Assembly (NCBI RefSeq): GCF_006345805.1
Contig: NW_021834349.1
Location: 1 to 49,054 of the forward strand
Direction: 5' to 3'
Length of the DNA: 49,054 bases
Source: Octopus sinensis
Lineage: Eukaryota
Below the pieces are notes generated by a model, which saw nothing but the letters and a program-made list of their open reading frames with translations, made no database searches and was not told where the DNA came from. A program made the position numbers and the translations under genes. This document shows positions 25,691 through 39,690 of this stretch, one piece after another; within the stretch, counting starts at the first letter, position 1; each line of letters starts with the position of its first letter.

Positions 25691-26084
25691 TAATATATAT
25701 CTAAAGAAAGAAAGAACAGAAATAGGCGCGAAATATACGATTGGGCGGGAAGGATTTTGTGTAAGATTTAAATTGTTGAATGGAAATTGAATTGAAAGGA
25801 TATAAATAGAAGAGAAGAAAAGACAGAATGAAAGAATAGAACAGTAGTTCTCAATCAATTTTGATTCTTTATTTTGCTCTACGAGACGCCAAGAGCCATT
25901 CCCTGCATACCAAAGAAAAAAAAAAGATTCTACTGTGTTTTCATAATTAAATATTACATCTTTCGTGTCTTTGGTTTTCAAGATTCCTTACGGGAATTCG
26001 TGTATTGAAACAAATTTTGTTGTGTCGCGGGAGAGTAATTACGCTAATATTGCTTTTAAGCTTTAGCATAAAGCCAGCAGCTTT

Positions 26085-26258
26085 GATGTGAAGGGAGTTA
26101 AATCGATTGCGTTAACTCCAGTGCTCAGCTGGTACTTAGTTTATCGACCCCGAAAGAATGATAAGCAAAGTCAACCTCGGCGGAATTTGAACTCAGAACA
26201 TAAAGACGGACGAAATACTGCTAAGCACTTTACTCGACCTGCTAACGATTCTGCCAGC
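26085..26258 (-). mobile_element. SINE family A copy (degenerate)
   Basis: Body matches family A. Confidence 0.8.
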
Positions 26259-26607
26259 TACACACGTTATCATTACGTCAGTATTAATAACACACGCACC
26301 GGTTCAATTCCACTCTTTTATTATTAATCATTTGGTTAAATATCTATTCAACTGACTAGTCGATCGTTTGTATATAATATATATATATATATATATTAAA
26401 CAAGAAGGGTAGTAATATTATTTACTACCAGGTGCCCAGCACCAAAAAAAACGAATTAGTCATAAGACAAAATATTATTCATATAGAAAAAATTATTCAT
26501 GTAGTTATACAATTAAGGGCTCCTAAATAAAGATGCCGAGTGCGGGAACACATAAAGGGGAGAATTTATCGAGAGTGAAAATCAAAAACGTTTACCGATA
26601 ACTTTAA

Positions 26608-26685
26608 CACCTCGTACCGCGGTTTCTGCTTCTTTCTAGCAAAACACAGAATGTATTTGCTAAGGCCAGCTTCATCAGCGAGTCG
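26608..26685 (-). ncRNA. Type I hammerhead ribozyme H1 copy 1
   Basis: Minus: cgactcg-CTGATGA-...-GAAA-ccgcg-GTA-cgaggtg; one stem I mismatch. Confidence 0.7.
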
Positions 26686-27051
26686 CCTAAATTTAATCGA
26701 GGTCTGCAGCGATGTGGGACTATGTGTTGAACCCGACTACTAGCAGATCTTAACTTTTCAAATCTCTGCGCAGACGCAAAATTTACACGGGCATGCCGGG
26801 AAGAATTTTACGAATAAATCCATCATGTGGTATGCGAATATAAACAAGAAGGGTAGTAATATTATTTACTACCAGGTGCCCAGCACAAAAGACGAATTAG
26901 TCATAAGACAAAAATTTATTCATATAGAAAAATATTATTCATGTAGTTATAACAATAAGGGCTCCTAAATAAAGATGCCGAGTGCTGGGAACACAAAAAG
27001 GGGATGAATTTATCGAGAGTGAAAATCAAAAACGTTTACCGATAACTTTAA

Positions 27052-27129
27052 CAACTCGTACCGCGGTTTCTGCTTCTTTCTAGCAAAACACAGAATGTGT
27101 TTGCTAAGGCCAGCTTCATCAGCGAGTCG
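27052..27129 (-). ncRNA. Type I hammerhead ribozyme H1 copy 2
   Basis: Same motif with a 7-bp stem I. Confidence 0.78.
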
Positions 27130-27323
27130 CCTAATTTAATTGAGGTCTGCAGCGATGTGGGACTATTACACGGGCATGCCGGGAAGAATTTTACGAATAA
27201 ATCCATCATGTGGTATGCGAATATAAATTTTGCGTCTGCGCAGAGATTTGAAAAGTTAAGATCTGCTAGTAGTCGGGTTCAACACATAGTCCCACATCGC
27301 TGCAGACCTCGATTAAATTTAGG

Positions 27324-27400
27324 CGACTCGCTGATGAAGCTGGCCTTAGCAACACATTCTGTGTTTTGCTAGAAAGAAGCAGAAACCGCGGTACGAGTTG
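27324..27400 (+). ncRNA. Type I hammerhead ribozyme H1 copy 3 (predicted cut after A27393)
   Basis: cgactcg CTGATGA(27331-37) agctggccttagcaacacattctgtgttttgctagaaagaagca GAAA(27382-85) ccgcg GTA cgagttg. Confidence 0.78.
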
Positions 27401-27765
27401 TGTTAAAGTTATCGGTAAACGTTTTTGATTTTCACTCTCGATAAATTCATCCCCTTTTTGTGTTCCCAGCACTCGGCATCTTTATTTAGGAGCCCTTAAT
27501 TGTATAACTACATGATAATATTTTTCTATATGAATAATATTTTTGTCTTATGACTAATTCGTCTTTTGTGCTGGGCACTGGTAGTAAATATATTACTACC
27601 CTTCTTGTTTATATTCGCATACCACATGATGGATTTATCGTAAAATTCTTCCCGGCATGCCCGTGTAAATTTTGCGTCTGCGCAGAGATTTGAAAAGTTA
27701 AGATCTGCTAGTAGTCGGGTTCAACACATAGTCCCACATCGCTGCAGACCTCGATTAAATTTAGG

Positions 27766-27843
27766 CGACTCGCTGATGAAGCTGGCCTTAGCAAACACAT
27801 TCTGTGTTTTGCTAGAAAGAAGCAGAAACCGCGGTACGAGTTG
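27766..27843 (+). ncRNA. Type I hammerhead ribozyme H1 copy 4 (predicted cut after A27836)
   Basis: CTGATGA 27773-79, GAAA 27825-28, ACCGCGGT stem III, cgactcg/cgagttg stem I. Confidence 0.78.
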
Positions 27844-28134
27844 TTAAAGTTATCGGTGAACGTTTTTGATTTTCACTCTCGATAAATTCATCCCCTTTTT
27901 GTGTTCCCAGCACTCGGCATCTTTATTTAGGAGCCCTTAATTGTATATATATATATATATATATAAAGAGAGAGAGAGAGAGAGAAACACATATATATAT
28001 ACATATGTATATAAAATAAAATACAAAATGGGACAAGAACGAAAAACATCCGGACAACTAGTTGATACAAAAGGGGACAACTTATTTGTTTCGCGGTGCT
28101 TCTCCCCTGTTCGTCGATTTTTGTATTGGCTGGA

Positions 28135-28834
28135 ATGCAGAAATACCGTGCTTCCGTGAAATTCTGATTTCTGCTGGGTAAAACAGCGGCCGAAACAGTT
28201 GTCATGCTTGAAACAACTGACAAGGCTGCTACCATGAGCAAAACACAAGTTTACGAGCGGTTTTCACGTTTTAGGAATGGTCACTTGTCGTCGCTGAGGA
28301 CCAACCTCATTCAGGGCGACCGCCGACCTCCCGAACGAATGAAAACATCATGAAAATTCATAAACTGATCTTGGAGAACCGTCACCGAATAATTGACGAA
28401 CTTGTTCATATAACTGGTGTGTCCTGGTGCTCTTGCTAACGAAATTTGAGCGAGGAATTGCGAATGAAAAGAGTTGCAGCAGAATTTGTGCCTCGCTTGT
28501 TCACGGAAGATCAAAAGCAGTCACGACTGAATGCAAGTCGTGAACGGAAAAAATAGTTTGAAGCTGATCTGGACCTTCTTTCCGAAGGTCATCACTAATG
28601 ACTAAAGCTGGTGCTGTGGAATTTGCAGATATGGAAGAGGTGAAGCGGGAAAATGTCGGAGTCGAAAAACGCATCACTTCACAAGAGTTCCAGTACTATT
28701 TCGAATGGTGGAAAACGCGTCTGGATCGATGCATTGTTTCAAACAGAATGCTTGAAGGCGATAAAAGTGTAACAATGTAAAATTAAGTGGATAAAATATT
28801 GCAAAATTCCGGTTTCTTTTGGGTAGCCCTCATA
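28135..28834 (+). pseudogene. Internally deleted mariner transposase relic with right TIR
   Basis: MQKYRASVKF*FLLGKTAAETVVML...MSKTQVYERFSRFRNG...DQPHSGRP...MKRVAAEFVPRLFTEDQK; C-terminal WKTRLDRCIVS; end ccggtttcttttgggtagccctcata. Confidence 0.88.
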
Positions 28835-28847
28835 TATATATTATATA

Positions 28848-28885
<38 letters not shown>

Positions 28886-28919
28886 GAAAGAATGGAGTCG
28901 AAAGAAGATTTTAACAAAA

Positions 28920-29016
28920 TTCCTTTACTCTCAACACATGTTTCGAAGACTGCATACTCTTAATTCCGAAGAATAAAGTGTGCATTATGCCGTCTTCTCA
29001 TCAGGAAGACAAGGAA
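28920..29016 (-). ncRNA. Type I hammerhead ribozyme (family H2, second copy)
   Basis: Minus: ttccttgtcttc-CTGATGA-gaagac...gtcttc-GAAA-catgt-GTT-gagagtaaaggaa. Stem II base has 6 perfect pairs; flanks are homologous to the 18166 copy. Confidence 0.72.
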
Positions 29017-29167
29017 CCTCTATCAGCCTCAAGACGAACAAAAACGTTTTTATGACTACCTACACGGGGTTTCTGCCCTGGCATGTAGCTTCCACCGTGT
29101 TTTCTGACGTGAATTTGCTACCCAGGTACCGATTAACCGAATTATCAATACTAGGATAATTCATTCA

Positions 29168-29244
<77 letters not shown>

Positions 29245-29274
29245 TGTGTATTTTTAAGGCGACGAGGTGGTAGA

Positions 29275-29420
29275 ATCTTAACCGTACTGGGCAAAATGGT
29301 TAGCGACATTTTTCTCCGTTTTCACGTTCTGAGTTCAAATTTCGCCGAGGTTGATTCTGCCTTTCATCATTCTGGGGTCGACAAAATAAGTACCAGTTGA
29401 GTGCTGGAGAGATGTAATCC
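29275..29420 (+). mobile_element. SINE family A copy (degenerate)
   Basis: ggcgacgaggtggtagaatc...gagttcaaatttcgccgagg. Confidence 0.75.
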
Positions 29421-29440
29421 CTTTACACCCTCCCGCATGG

Positions 29441-29473
<33 letters not shown>

Positions 29474-29559
29474 TGTATGTATGTATGTATGTATGTATAT
29501 ATGAATGTGTGTGTCTATGCGTATATGTATATACATATAATATATAAATATGTATACAC

Positions 29560-29757
29560 ACTCACGCCACTTCACCCGTTACAACCACCGTTATCACCAC
29601 CATTTCCACCACCAACGTCAACGCCACCACTGTTATGATTATGATCAAATGCCACAACTACAATCGACGCCGCCGCTACCACCATCACAACATCACTATC
29701 TCCACTCCTCCTCCTCCTCCTACTACTACTACTAGTACTACCACCACCACCACCACC

Positions 29758-29810
<53 letters not shown>

Positions 29811-30020
29811 CACTAATATCACCCACCCACTACCATCACCATCACCTCTGCCTTCCCCACTGTCCTCAACATCACCATCACCACAACTATCACATTCATC
29901 ATCAACACATACAGCACTACCATTACCAACGCCATCAGCACCACTTTCACCACCACCACCACCACCACTACCAGCACCATCATAATGCCATTGCCACCTC
30001 CACCACTGCCACTACACCCA
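29560..30020. repeat. (CAC)n/(CTA)n low-complexity tract
   Basis: Directly visible. Confidence 0.9.
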
Positions 30021-30479
30021 CCGTCAAAGGGTACATATTCCTCTCGAACCTTACACCATCTGCACCGCCCCCTTTCTACCCCTTCTTCTAATAACCTCTA
30101 TTATAAGGGTGTGACGCACTATCACCTCGCTCATATATAAGGTCTCGCTCAAAGAAAATTCGTAATTAGTTCCTAAATTTGCCACCCTGGGCCCAATTAA
30201 GGTAGGTTGGGTGAGAGTGTGTAAGGGGTGTTGAGAGTTGCGGAAGGAGATGAAGAGAAAGAGAGAGAGTGGGGGTAGATACATGGGGGTGGTTTTTTCA
30301 GTGTAACTCTCACAACAAATTCTGGTGACATGTACTATACAAGCAGTGTACTTTTCTGCATTAGAAGTATTCTGTCGTCACAGTTTCGAACCTCGCTTAA
30401 AAACACTTCCTTACTTGCGGCATCCATTTCTACTCCTTAATAAAAAAATACATTGATGTTACAACTACTAACTGATCTC

Positions 30480-33170
<2,691 letters not shown>

Positions 33171-33210
33171 TATTATCTTATGCATATTCTCACATATAGC
33201 ACATACGAGT

Positions 33211-33592
33211 GTGGAGGCGCAATGGCCCAGTGGTTAGGGCAGCGGACTTGCGGTCATAGGATCGCGGTTTCGATTCCCAGGCCGGGCGTTGTGAGTGTTT
33301 ATTGAGCGAAAACACCTAAGCTCCACGAGGCTCCGGCAGGGGATGGTGGTGATCCCTGCGGTACTCTTTCACCACAACTTTCTCTCACTCTTACTTCCTG
33401 TTTCTATTGTACCTATATTTCAAAGGGCCGGCCTTGTCACACTCTGTGTCACGCTGAATATCCCCGAGAACTACGTTAAGGGTACACGTGTCTGTGGAGT
33501 GCTCAGCCACTTACACGTTAATTTCACGAGCAGGCTGTTCCGTTGATTCGGATCAACCGGAACCCTCGTCGTCGTAACCGACGGAGTGCTTC
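33211..33592 (+). mobile_element. SINE family B with 11-bp TSD
   Basis: TSD cacatacgagt at 33200-33210 and 33593-33603. Confidence 0.93.
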
Positions 33593-33836
33593 CACATACG
33601 AGTATCTCGAATTACATTGAATTCACAGAGGAAGGGAGACATTCGATTATTCTGACACAATTACCTTACTAGTAATTATTTTATTGTCACCGGAAGAATA
33701 AAAATCGAAATCTATTCGGTGAGATTCGAACCCAGAACGTTAGGGGATGCAGCTAAACACTGCAAAGTATTATATCAGATGTTCTACCTATTCTTTCATT
33801 CAACTGCCCAAATATGATTCGCTATAACGTCCAAAA

Positions 33837-34079
33837 GGCGCGTGGCTTAGTGGTTAGGGTGTCAGCATCATGATCGTAAGAGTGCGGTTTTGATTCCTGG
33901 ACGCGTTGTGTTCTTGAGCAAAACACTTCATTTCACCTTGCTCCAGTCCACTCAGCTGGCAAAAATGAGTAACGCTGCAATGGACTGGTCCAGCTGGGGA
34001 ACACGTACGACATTGAAACCGGGAAACCGGGCCCATGAGCCTGGCTAGGCTTTAAAAGGGCGCATTTATTATTTATTGT
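33837..34079 (+). mobile_element. SINE family C with its own tail and 14-bp TSD
   Basis: TSD tataacgtccaaaa at 33823-33836 and 34080-34093. Confidence 0.9.
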
Positions 34080-34126
34080 TATAACGTCCAAAAATCTTTC
34101 TTTAATTTTCACTCACATCATGAAAA

Positions 34127-34325
34127 AGGCGGCGACCTGGCAGAACCGTTAGCATGCTGGACGAAATGCTTAGCGGTATTTCGCCCGTCCCTACGGTCTG
34201 AGTACGATTTCCACTGAGATCGACTTTGCCTTTTATCCCGTTGTTGAAATAAGCACCAGTGAAACACTGGGGTCGACGTGATCGATTAGTCCCCTCCCCC
34301 AAATTTCAGGCCCTGTGCCTATTGT
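34127..34325 (+). mobile_element. SINE family A (second tail type)
   Basis: ggcggcgacctggcagaaccgttagc...ccccaaatttcaggccctgtgcct. Confidence 0.85.
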
Positions 34326-34368
34326 ACAAAGTATTAAAGTTCATGGTGAAGGTATGAATACCTCAAAA

Positions 34369-34598
34369 GGCGGCGAGCTGGTAGAAACGTTAGCACGCCG
34401 GGCGAAATGCTTAGCAGTATTTCGTCTGCCGTTACGTTCTGAGTTCAAATTCCGCCGAGGTAGACTTTGCCTTTCATCCTTTCGGGGTCGATAAATTAAA
34501 TACCAGTTATACACTGGTGTTGATATAATCGACTTAATGCGTTTGTCTGTCCTTGTTTGTCCTCTCTGTGTTTAGCCCCTTGTGGATAGTAAAGAAAT
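34369..34598 (+). mobile_element. SINE family A with 13-bp TSD
   Basis: TSD aggtatgaatacc at 34350-34362 and 34599-34611. Confidence 0.93.
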
Positions 34599-34763
34599 AG
34601 GTATGAATACCCCATATTCCAAAAAGTTTCACCGTTGTAAAAACTTTCAAATTATTGTATATCTCATTCATTCATTCATCCGTTCATGCCTTCATTCAAT
34701 CTTTTGTCTGTATGTTATATATTTTTCGTTCGTTATTCTCGAATGAAGCTACTCATCCAGAAC

Positions 34764-34832
34764 ACTAAAAGAGATTTTTAGGTTTGACTAAAAGAGATTT
34801 TTAGGTTTGACTAAAAGAGATTTTTAGGTTTG
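34764..34832. repeat. 23-bp tandem repeat x3
   Basis: actaaaagagatttttaggtttg three times. Confidence 0.9.
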
Positions 34833-35173
34833 ATGTGAGCATTTGACAGTTGTTCAACTGTTCGCCATTTCTGTCTTTATCACTATCCCATACTCCATCT
34901 ATCTATATATCTATCTGTCTATCTGTCAGTCTATTCTATATATCTATTTATTTTTCTATTCTTCTGTTTTTCTCTATCTTTCTGTCATTTTATCTTTATT
35001 TCACCCATTCAGCTTAGTGCACTCCGTCTGTTTATCTCTCTTTCACTCTTTCACTCTATGTATATAGACATATAATATACGTATATACATATATACATAC
35101 ATAATATACATACATACATACATACATACATACATACATACATACATACACACACAACACACACACCACACAC

Positions 35174-35226
<53 letters not shown>

Positions 35227-35493
35227 TTTATGTAGAAAAATACAAACTGGGACAAGAACGTAAAACATTTAGAAGACGATACAAAAAACGGACGGGACAT
35301 TCGAAGCCTTCAATCTTCAGTCAAGAACCGGATCATCCTAGCAATTTCGGCTGATTAATATATGTATATATATATATATAATTTAAATTTAAAATGAGGG
35401 TGAGGAATTAAATATTAATTTAATTAAAATCGATTTCACACCAGTAGTCTAGCATATAAAAATCTGAAGGTTTAGTAAAATTGTATTATATAC

Positions 35494-35788
35494 ATATTAG
35501 GGGGAAACCACTATGTGGACACCCTTATGCTAGAAATAGATCCGCTATGGTCTTACTACTAAGAAATGTTCTCAACAAAAATTTAGCAAAAAAAACAAAA
35601 CGTAATCGAGCAAGACAAAAGGAAAAGCAATAAAAATATGGATTATTTTTATTGTTTTTTCTTTTGTCTTGCTCGATTATGTTTTGGTCGTTTTGCTAAA
35701 TTTTTGTTGAGAACATTTCTTAGTAGTAAGACCATAGCGGATCTATTTCTAGCATAAGGGTGTCCACATAGTGGGTTCCCTCTAATAT
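35494..35788. repeat. Long inverted repeat (~145-bp arms, ~5-nt spacer)
   Basis: 35494-35638 is the near-exact reverse complement of 35644-35788. Confidence 0.9.
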
Positions 35789-37184
35789 TTTTATGTATGC
35801 ATATATGGGTACAGGACGCCACCGACTGTGTAAACAACATGAAGTGCGGAAACAAACGAATTAAATACGCAAACAGCGAGAGAAAAAAATGGAAAACAGG
35901 ACGAGTAACACGGAGAACGACCCTTCATGAGTTGTCGGCTGTCTATCTATTCCTCATTTCGACCATTCAATGACAATATGAGTCTTCGAAGACAGTTACT
36001 CCAATAAATTCCAAAATAAAATTTGAGATTTATGGAGGGTCAAAGTTGGGAGCAAAAACAAGACAGTGGAAACATACAAGGAAACCGAACGAAAACAATC
36101 ATGGAATGTCGTTAGACCAGAACGAGAGGAAAATAGTGAACGGTGGGAGAAATATTTTCTTTGAAAAGAGAAAAAATAGAAGAGTGAGACAGAAGACGTC
36201 CTGTCCTTAGAACATCGTGCAGGAAAAGAAAGATGGATGATGGTCACGTGTGAGCAACGAGAGAGAGAAAAGAGAAAGAGGCGGAGAAGGAGAGAGAGAC
36301 AGATAGAGAAAGTGAAGAAGAGAAAAAGGGAATTAACACACACACACACACACACACACACCTCTTTATGCTTTTGTCACTCTGTCTTTCGATCTTTAAC
36401 TCACCTCACCAATTTACCTCTCTCTTTCTCTCTATTTCTTTGTCCTCATCCTTCCCCCCTCTCTCTGTCTTTCTGTCTTTCATTACGCCCCTTTTTTTTA
36501 TTCTTCTTCCTTACCGTTATACTAACACGAAAAGAGATTGGCTCGAACCTTAAAGCTCAGCACAAGTGAATGATGGGATGCGAACCGTCAACCCCCCCCC
36601 CCCCGCCATTAGCAATTTTCATACTCCACCGAGGATCACTTTGCATTTCATTTTTTCGGGGTCGATAAAATAGGTACCACTGCGGTATATGTAATTGACT
36701 TACATCCTTTCACGGAATTGCTGGCATTGTGCCAAAATCTGAAAGTCAATGTTCATCTTCATCTGGTTGCGCTACTGGCACAGATTTCCGTGACTCCGTC
36801 ATATTTGAATTGGAATCTTGAGTCGTTTATTTGCTGATATCACTTAACCACGGACATTGCCCCTATGGATGCGATGCAGTTACTCTTTTGGTAGAGCTTG
36901 GTGAACCTAACCGTTGATCTTCTGGGATTCTTCTGTTCACCATCAATGTAACGATCACCTTTGGCTCAGTTGAGCTCTTTCGCTACCTCTTCATAATCCA
37001 GCTTGCTGCAGTCCCATATCTTCACCGTATCCCTGGTAAAATATCTGAATGGGTTCTATGCATTGCCAAAGAGCAGCCCGTAACTATACAGGGTACGGTC
37101 ATCACTCCATGGGGTACCTCCAAGGTATCCGCATCCCCGGAGTACAATATTGGTCTCAAATTTAGGCGCAAGATCAGCAGGTTT

Positions 37185-37915
37185 TGGGAAGGGGATAAGT
37201 CGATTACATCGGTCCCAGTACTCAACTGGTATTTATTTATCGACCCGAAAAAATGAAAAGCAGAGTCAACCTCGGCTGAATTTGAAATTTTTGGCCGGCG
37301 TATTAACGATTTTTATTTCTTTATTGCCCACAAGGGGGCTAAACATAGATGGGACAAACAAGGACAGACAAAGGAATTAAGTCGATTAGGTCGACCCCAG
37401 TGCGTAACTGGTACTTAATTTATCGACTTCGAAAGGATGAAAGGCAAAGTCGACCTCGGCGGAATTTGAACTCAGAACATAACAGCAGACGAAACACCTA
37501 TTTCTTTACTACCCACAAGGGGGCTACACACAGAGGCGACAAACAAGGACAGACAAACGGATTAAGTCGATTACCTCGACCCCAGTGCGTAACTGGTACT
37601 TATTTAATCGACCCCGAAAGGATGAAAGGCAAAGTCAACCTCGGCTGAATTTGAACTCAGAACATAACAGCAGACGAAATACCTATTTCTTTACTACCTA
37701 CAAGGGGCTAAACACAGAGAGGACAAACAAGGACAGACAAACGGATTAAGTCGATTATATCGACCCCAGTGCATAACTGGTACTTATTTAATCGACCCCG
37801 AAAGGATGAAAGGCAAAGTCGACCTCGGCGGAATTTGAACTCAGAACGTAACGGCAGACGAAATACCGCTAAGCATTTCGCCAGGCGTGCTAACGATTCT
37901 ACCAACTCGCCGCCC
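37185..37915 (-). mobile_element. Tandem/nested SINE family A array (4 copies)
   Basis: Repeated ~180-bp bodies joined at gaaa(t/c)acc|tatttc. Confidence 0.9.
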
Positions 37916-38430
37916 GCTTTACACAGGGAGCGTTGTGGTAATCCACCTGGAAAAACAAACACGGGTTTGATACGTCTGACAATTTGAGCAGAGAGATTAT
38001 ATTTTTAAGCAGGACAGACCGCGGGTTAAACAACAACAACAGCAACAATAAAACAATATCCAGGTGACAGATTCGGTTCGGCGGGAGCATTTGGTTCCTT
38101 TCTTTCACTTAGTACAGAGACGGCCATTAAATAAACTTCTGTTGATGACAATAAAGATGTACTAGCGGCTTGTATGGAAAAAAAAATACTCTATCAAGGT
38201 TTATCTTGTGTCACAACGACTACAATACCTACCCTTATCGCAGCCGATAACGAAAGTCAGTGGAGCGCAGACACCCGTAGTACCCGGCCCTCTGCCAGCT
38301 CAGGCAAGAAAATCAATTGACTTCTAACGACACGCAACATTTATTTCAATTGAACCTAACGGTTCTGTTTCACTTACTTCGTGGTTTGCTGAAACAAAGC
38401 GTTGTAAAGGTGTGTACGTGTGTGTGCATA

Positions 38431-38461
<31 letters not shown>

Positions 38462-38589
38462 TGTGTGTGTGTGTGTGAATATGTGTGTTTCGCAGATTGC
38501 GTGAGAGAGAGAGGGAGAGAGAGGGAGAACGGGAATAAGAGAAAAAAACATGTTAGCATTTGTCTATTCTGGCATGTTGATATGTTAAT

Positions 38590-39392
38590 TCATGCCCCAG
38601 TCCACTCATACATACATGCATACATACATACATACATACATGCATGCATACATACATACATACATACATACATACACACATACATACATACACACATACA
38701 CACATACATACATACACACATACATACATACATACATACATATATACATACATACATACATACATACACACATACATACATACACACATACACACATACA
38801 TACATACACACATACATACATACATACATACATACATACATACATACATACATACACACATACATACATACACACATACACACATACATACATACACACA
38901 TACATACAACATATACATACCAAACACATACATACATACACACATACACACATACATACATACACACATACATACATACATACAAATACATACACACATA
39001 CATACATACATACACACATACATTACACACATACGTACATACATACATACACACATACGTACATACATACATACACACATACATACATACATACATACAT
39101 ACATACACACATACATACATACATACATACATACACACATACATAAATACATACATACATACACACATACATACATACACACATACATACATACATACAT
39201 ACATACATACATCATACATACATACATACATACATACACACACACATACATACATACATACACACATACATACATACATACATACATACATACATACACA
39301 CACACACATACATACATACATACATACACACATACATACATACATACATACATACATACATACACACATACATACACACATACATACATACA

Positions 39393-39423
<31 letters not shown>

Positions 39424-39440
39424 GTACATACGTACATATT
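38590..39440. repeat. (TACA)n/(CA)n compound microsatellite
   Basis: Directly visible; source of the HTYI/MYVC ORFs. Confidence 0.97.
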
Positions 39441-39690
39441 TGCACATACATTTACAGGTATATACACACACATTAACCCGACTACTCAGACAAATATGAA
39501 TTGAATATCATATGAATGCATATAATTATGCATGTGTGAGTATATATGCATGTAAGTATATGCATTTATGTATATGTATGGGTTGTATATGTATAGATAT
39601 AAATGTGTATGCATGTGCATATAATATATAATGCAGCACATATAGACCCACCTACATACAGACACACACACACACACATGTATATATATA

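Larger units (their letters stand above)
26398..27947. mobile_element. Retrozyme-like array of a ~443-bp hammerhead-containing unit: two direct copies followed by two inverted copies, inserted in (TA)n
   Basis: Unit starts aaacaagaagg at 26398 and 26842; the inverted phase repeats at 27224 and 27666; copies differ mostly by single-base indels; one hammerhead per unit; no ORF of note. Confidence 0.85.

Noticed and set aside
27276-27286. B-box-like GTTCAACAC about 45 nt upstream of the H1 hammerhead
   Set aside because: No convincing A box at proper spacing; a Pol III promoter cannot be supported from this alone.
34764-34832. Three direct 23-bp repeats; the SINE tandem arrays also look array-like
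   Set aside because: No spacers and a eukaryotic context, so not CRISPR.
35290-35350. CTGAAGA and GAAA on the minus strand
   Set aside because: Wrong order and spacing for a hammerhead; no closing stems found.
36740-37180. GC-richer minus-strand segment, possibly a LINE ORF1 relic
   Set aside because: Similarity is too vague to call.
38140-38325. ~60-codon open stretch (…DVLAACMEKKILYQGLSC…SADTRSTRPSASSG)
   Set aside because: No recognisable homology or convincing splice pair.
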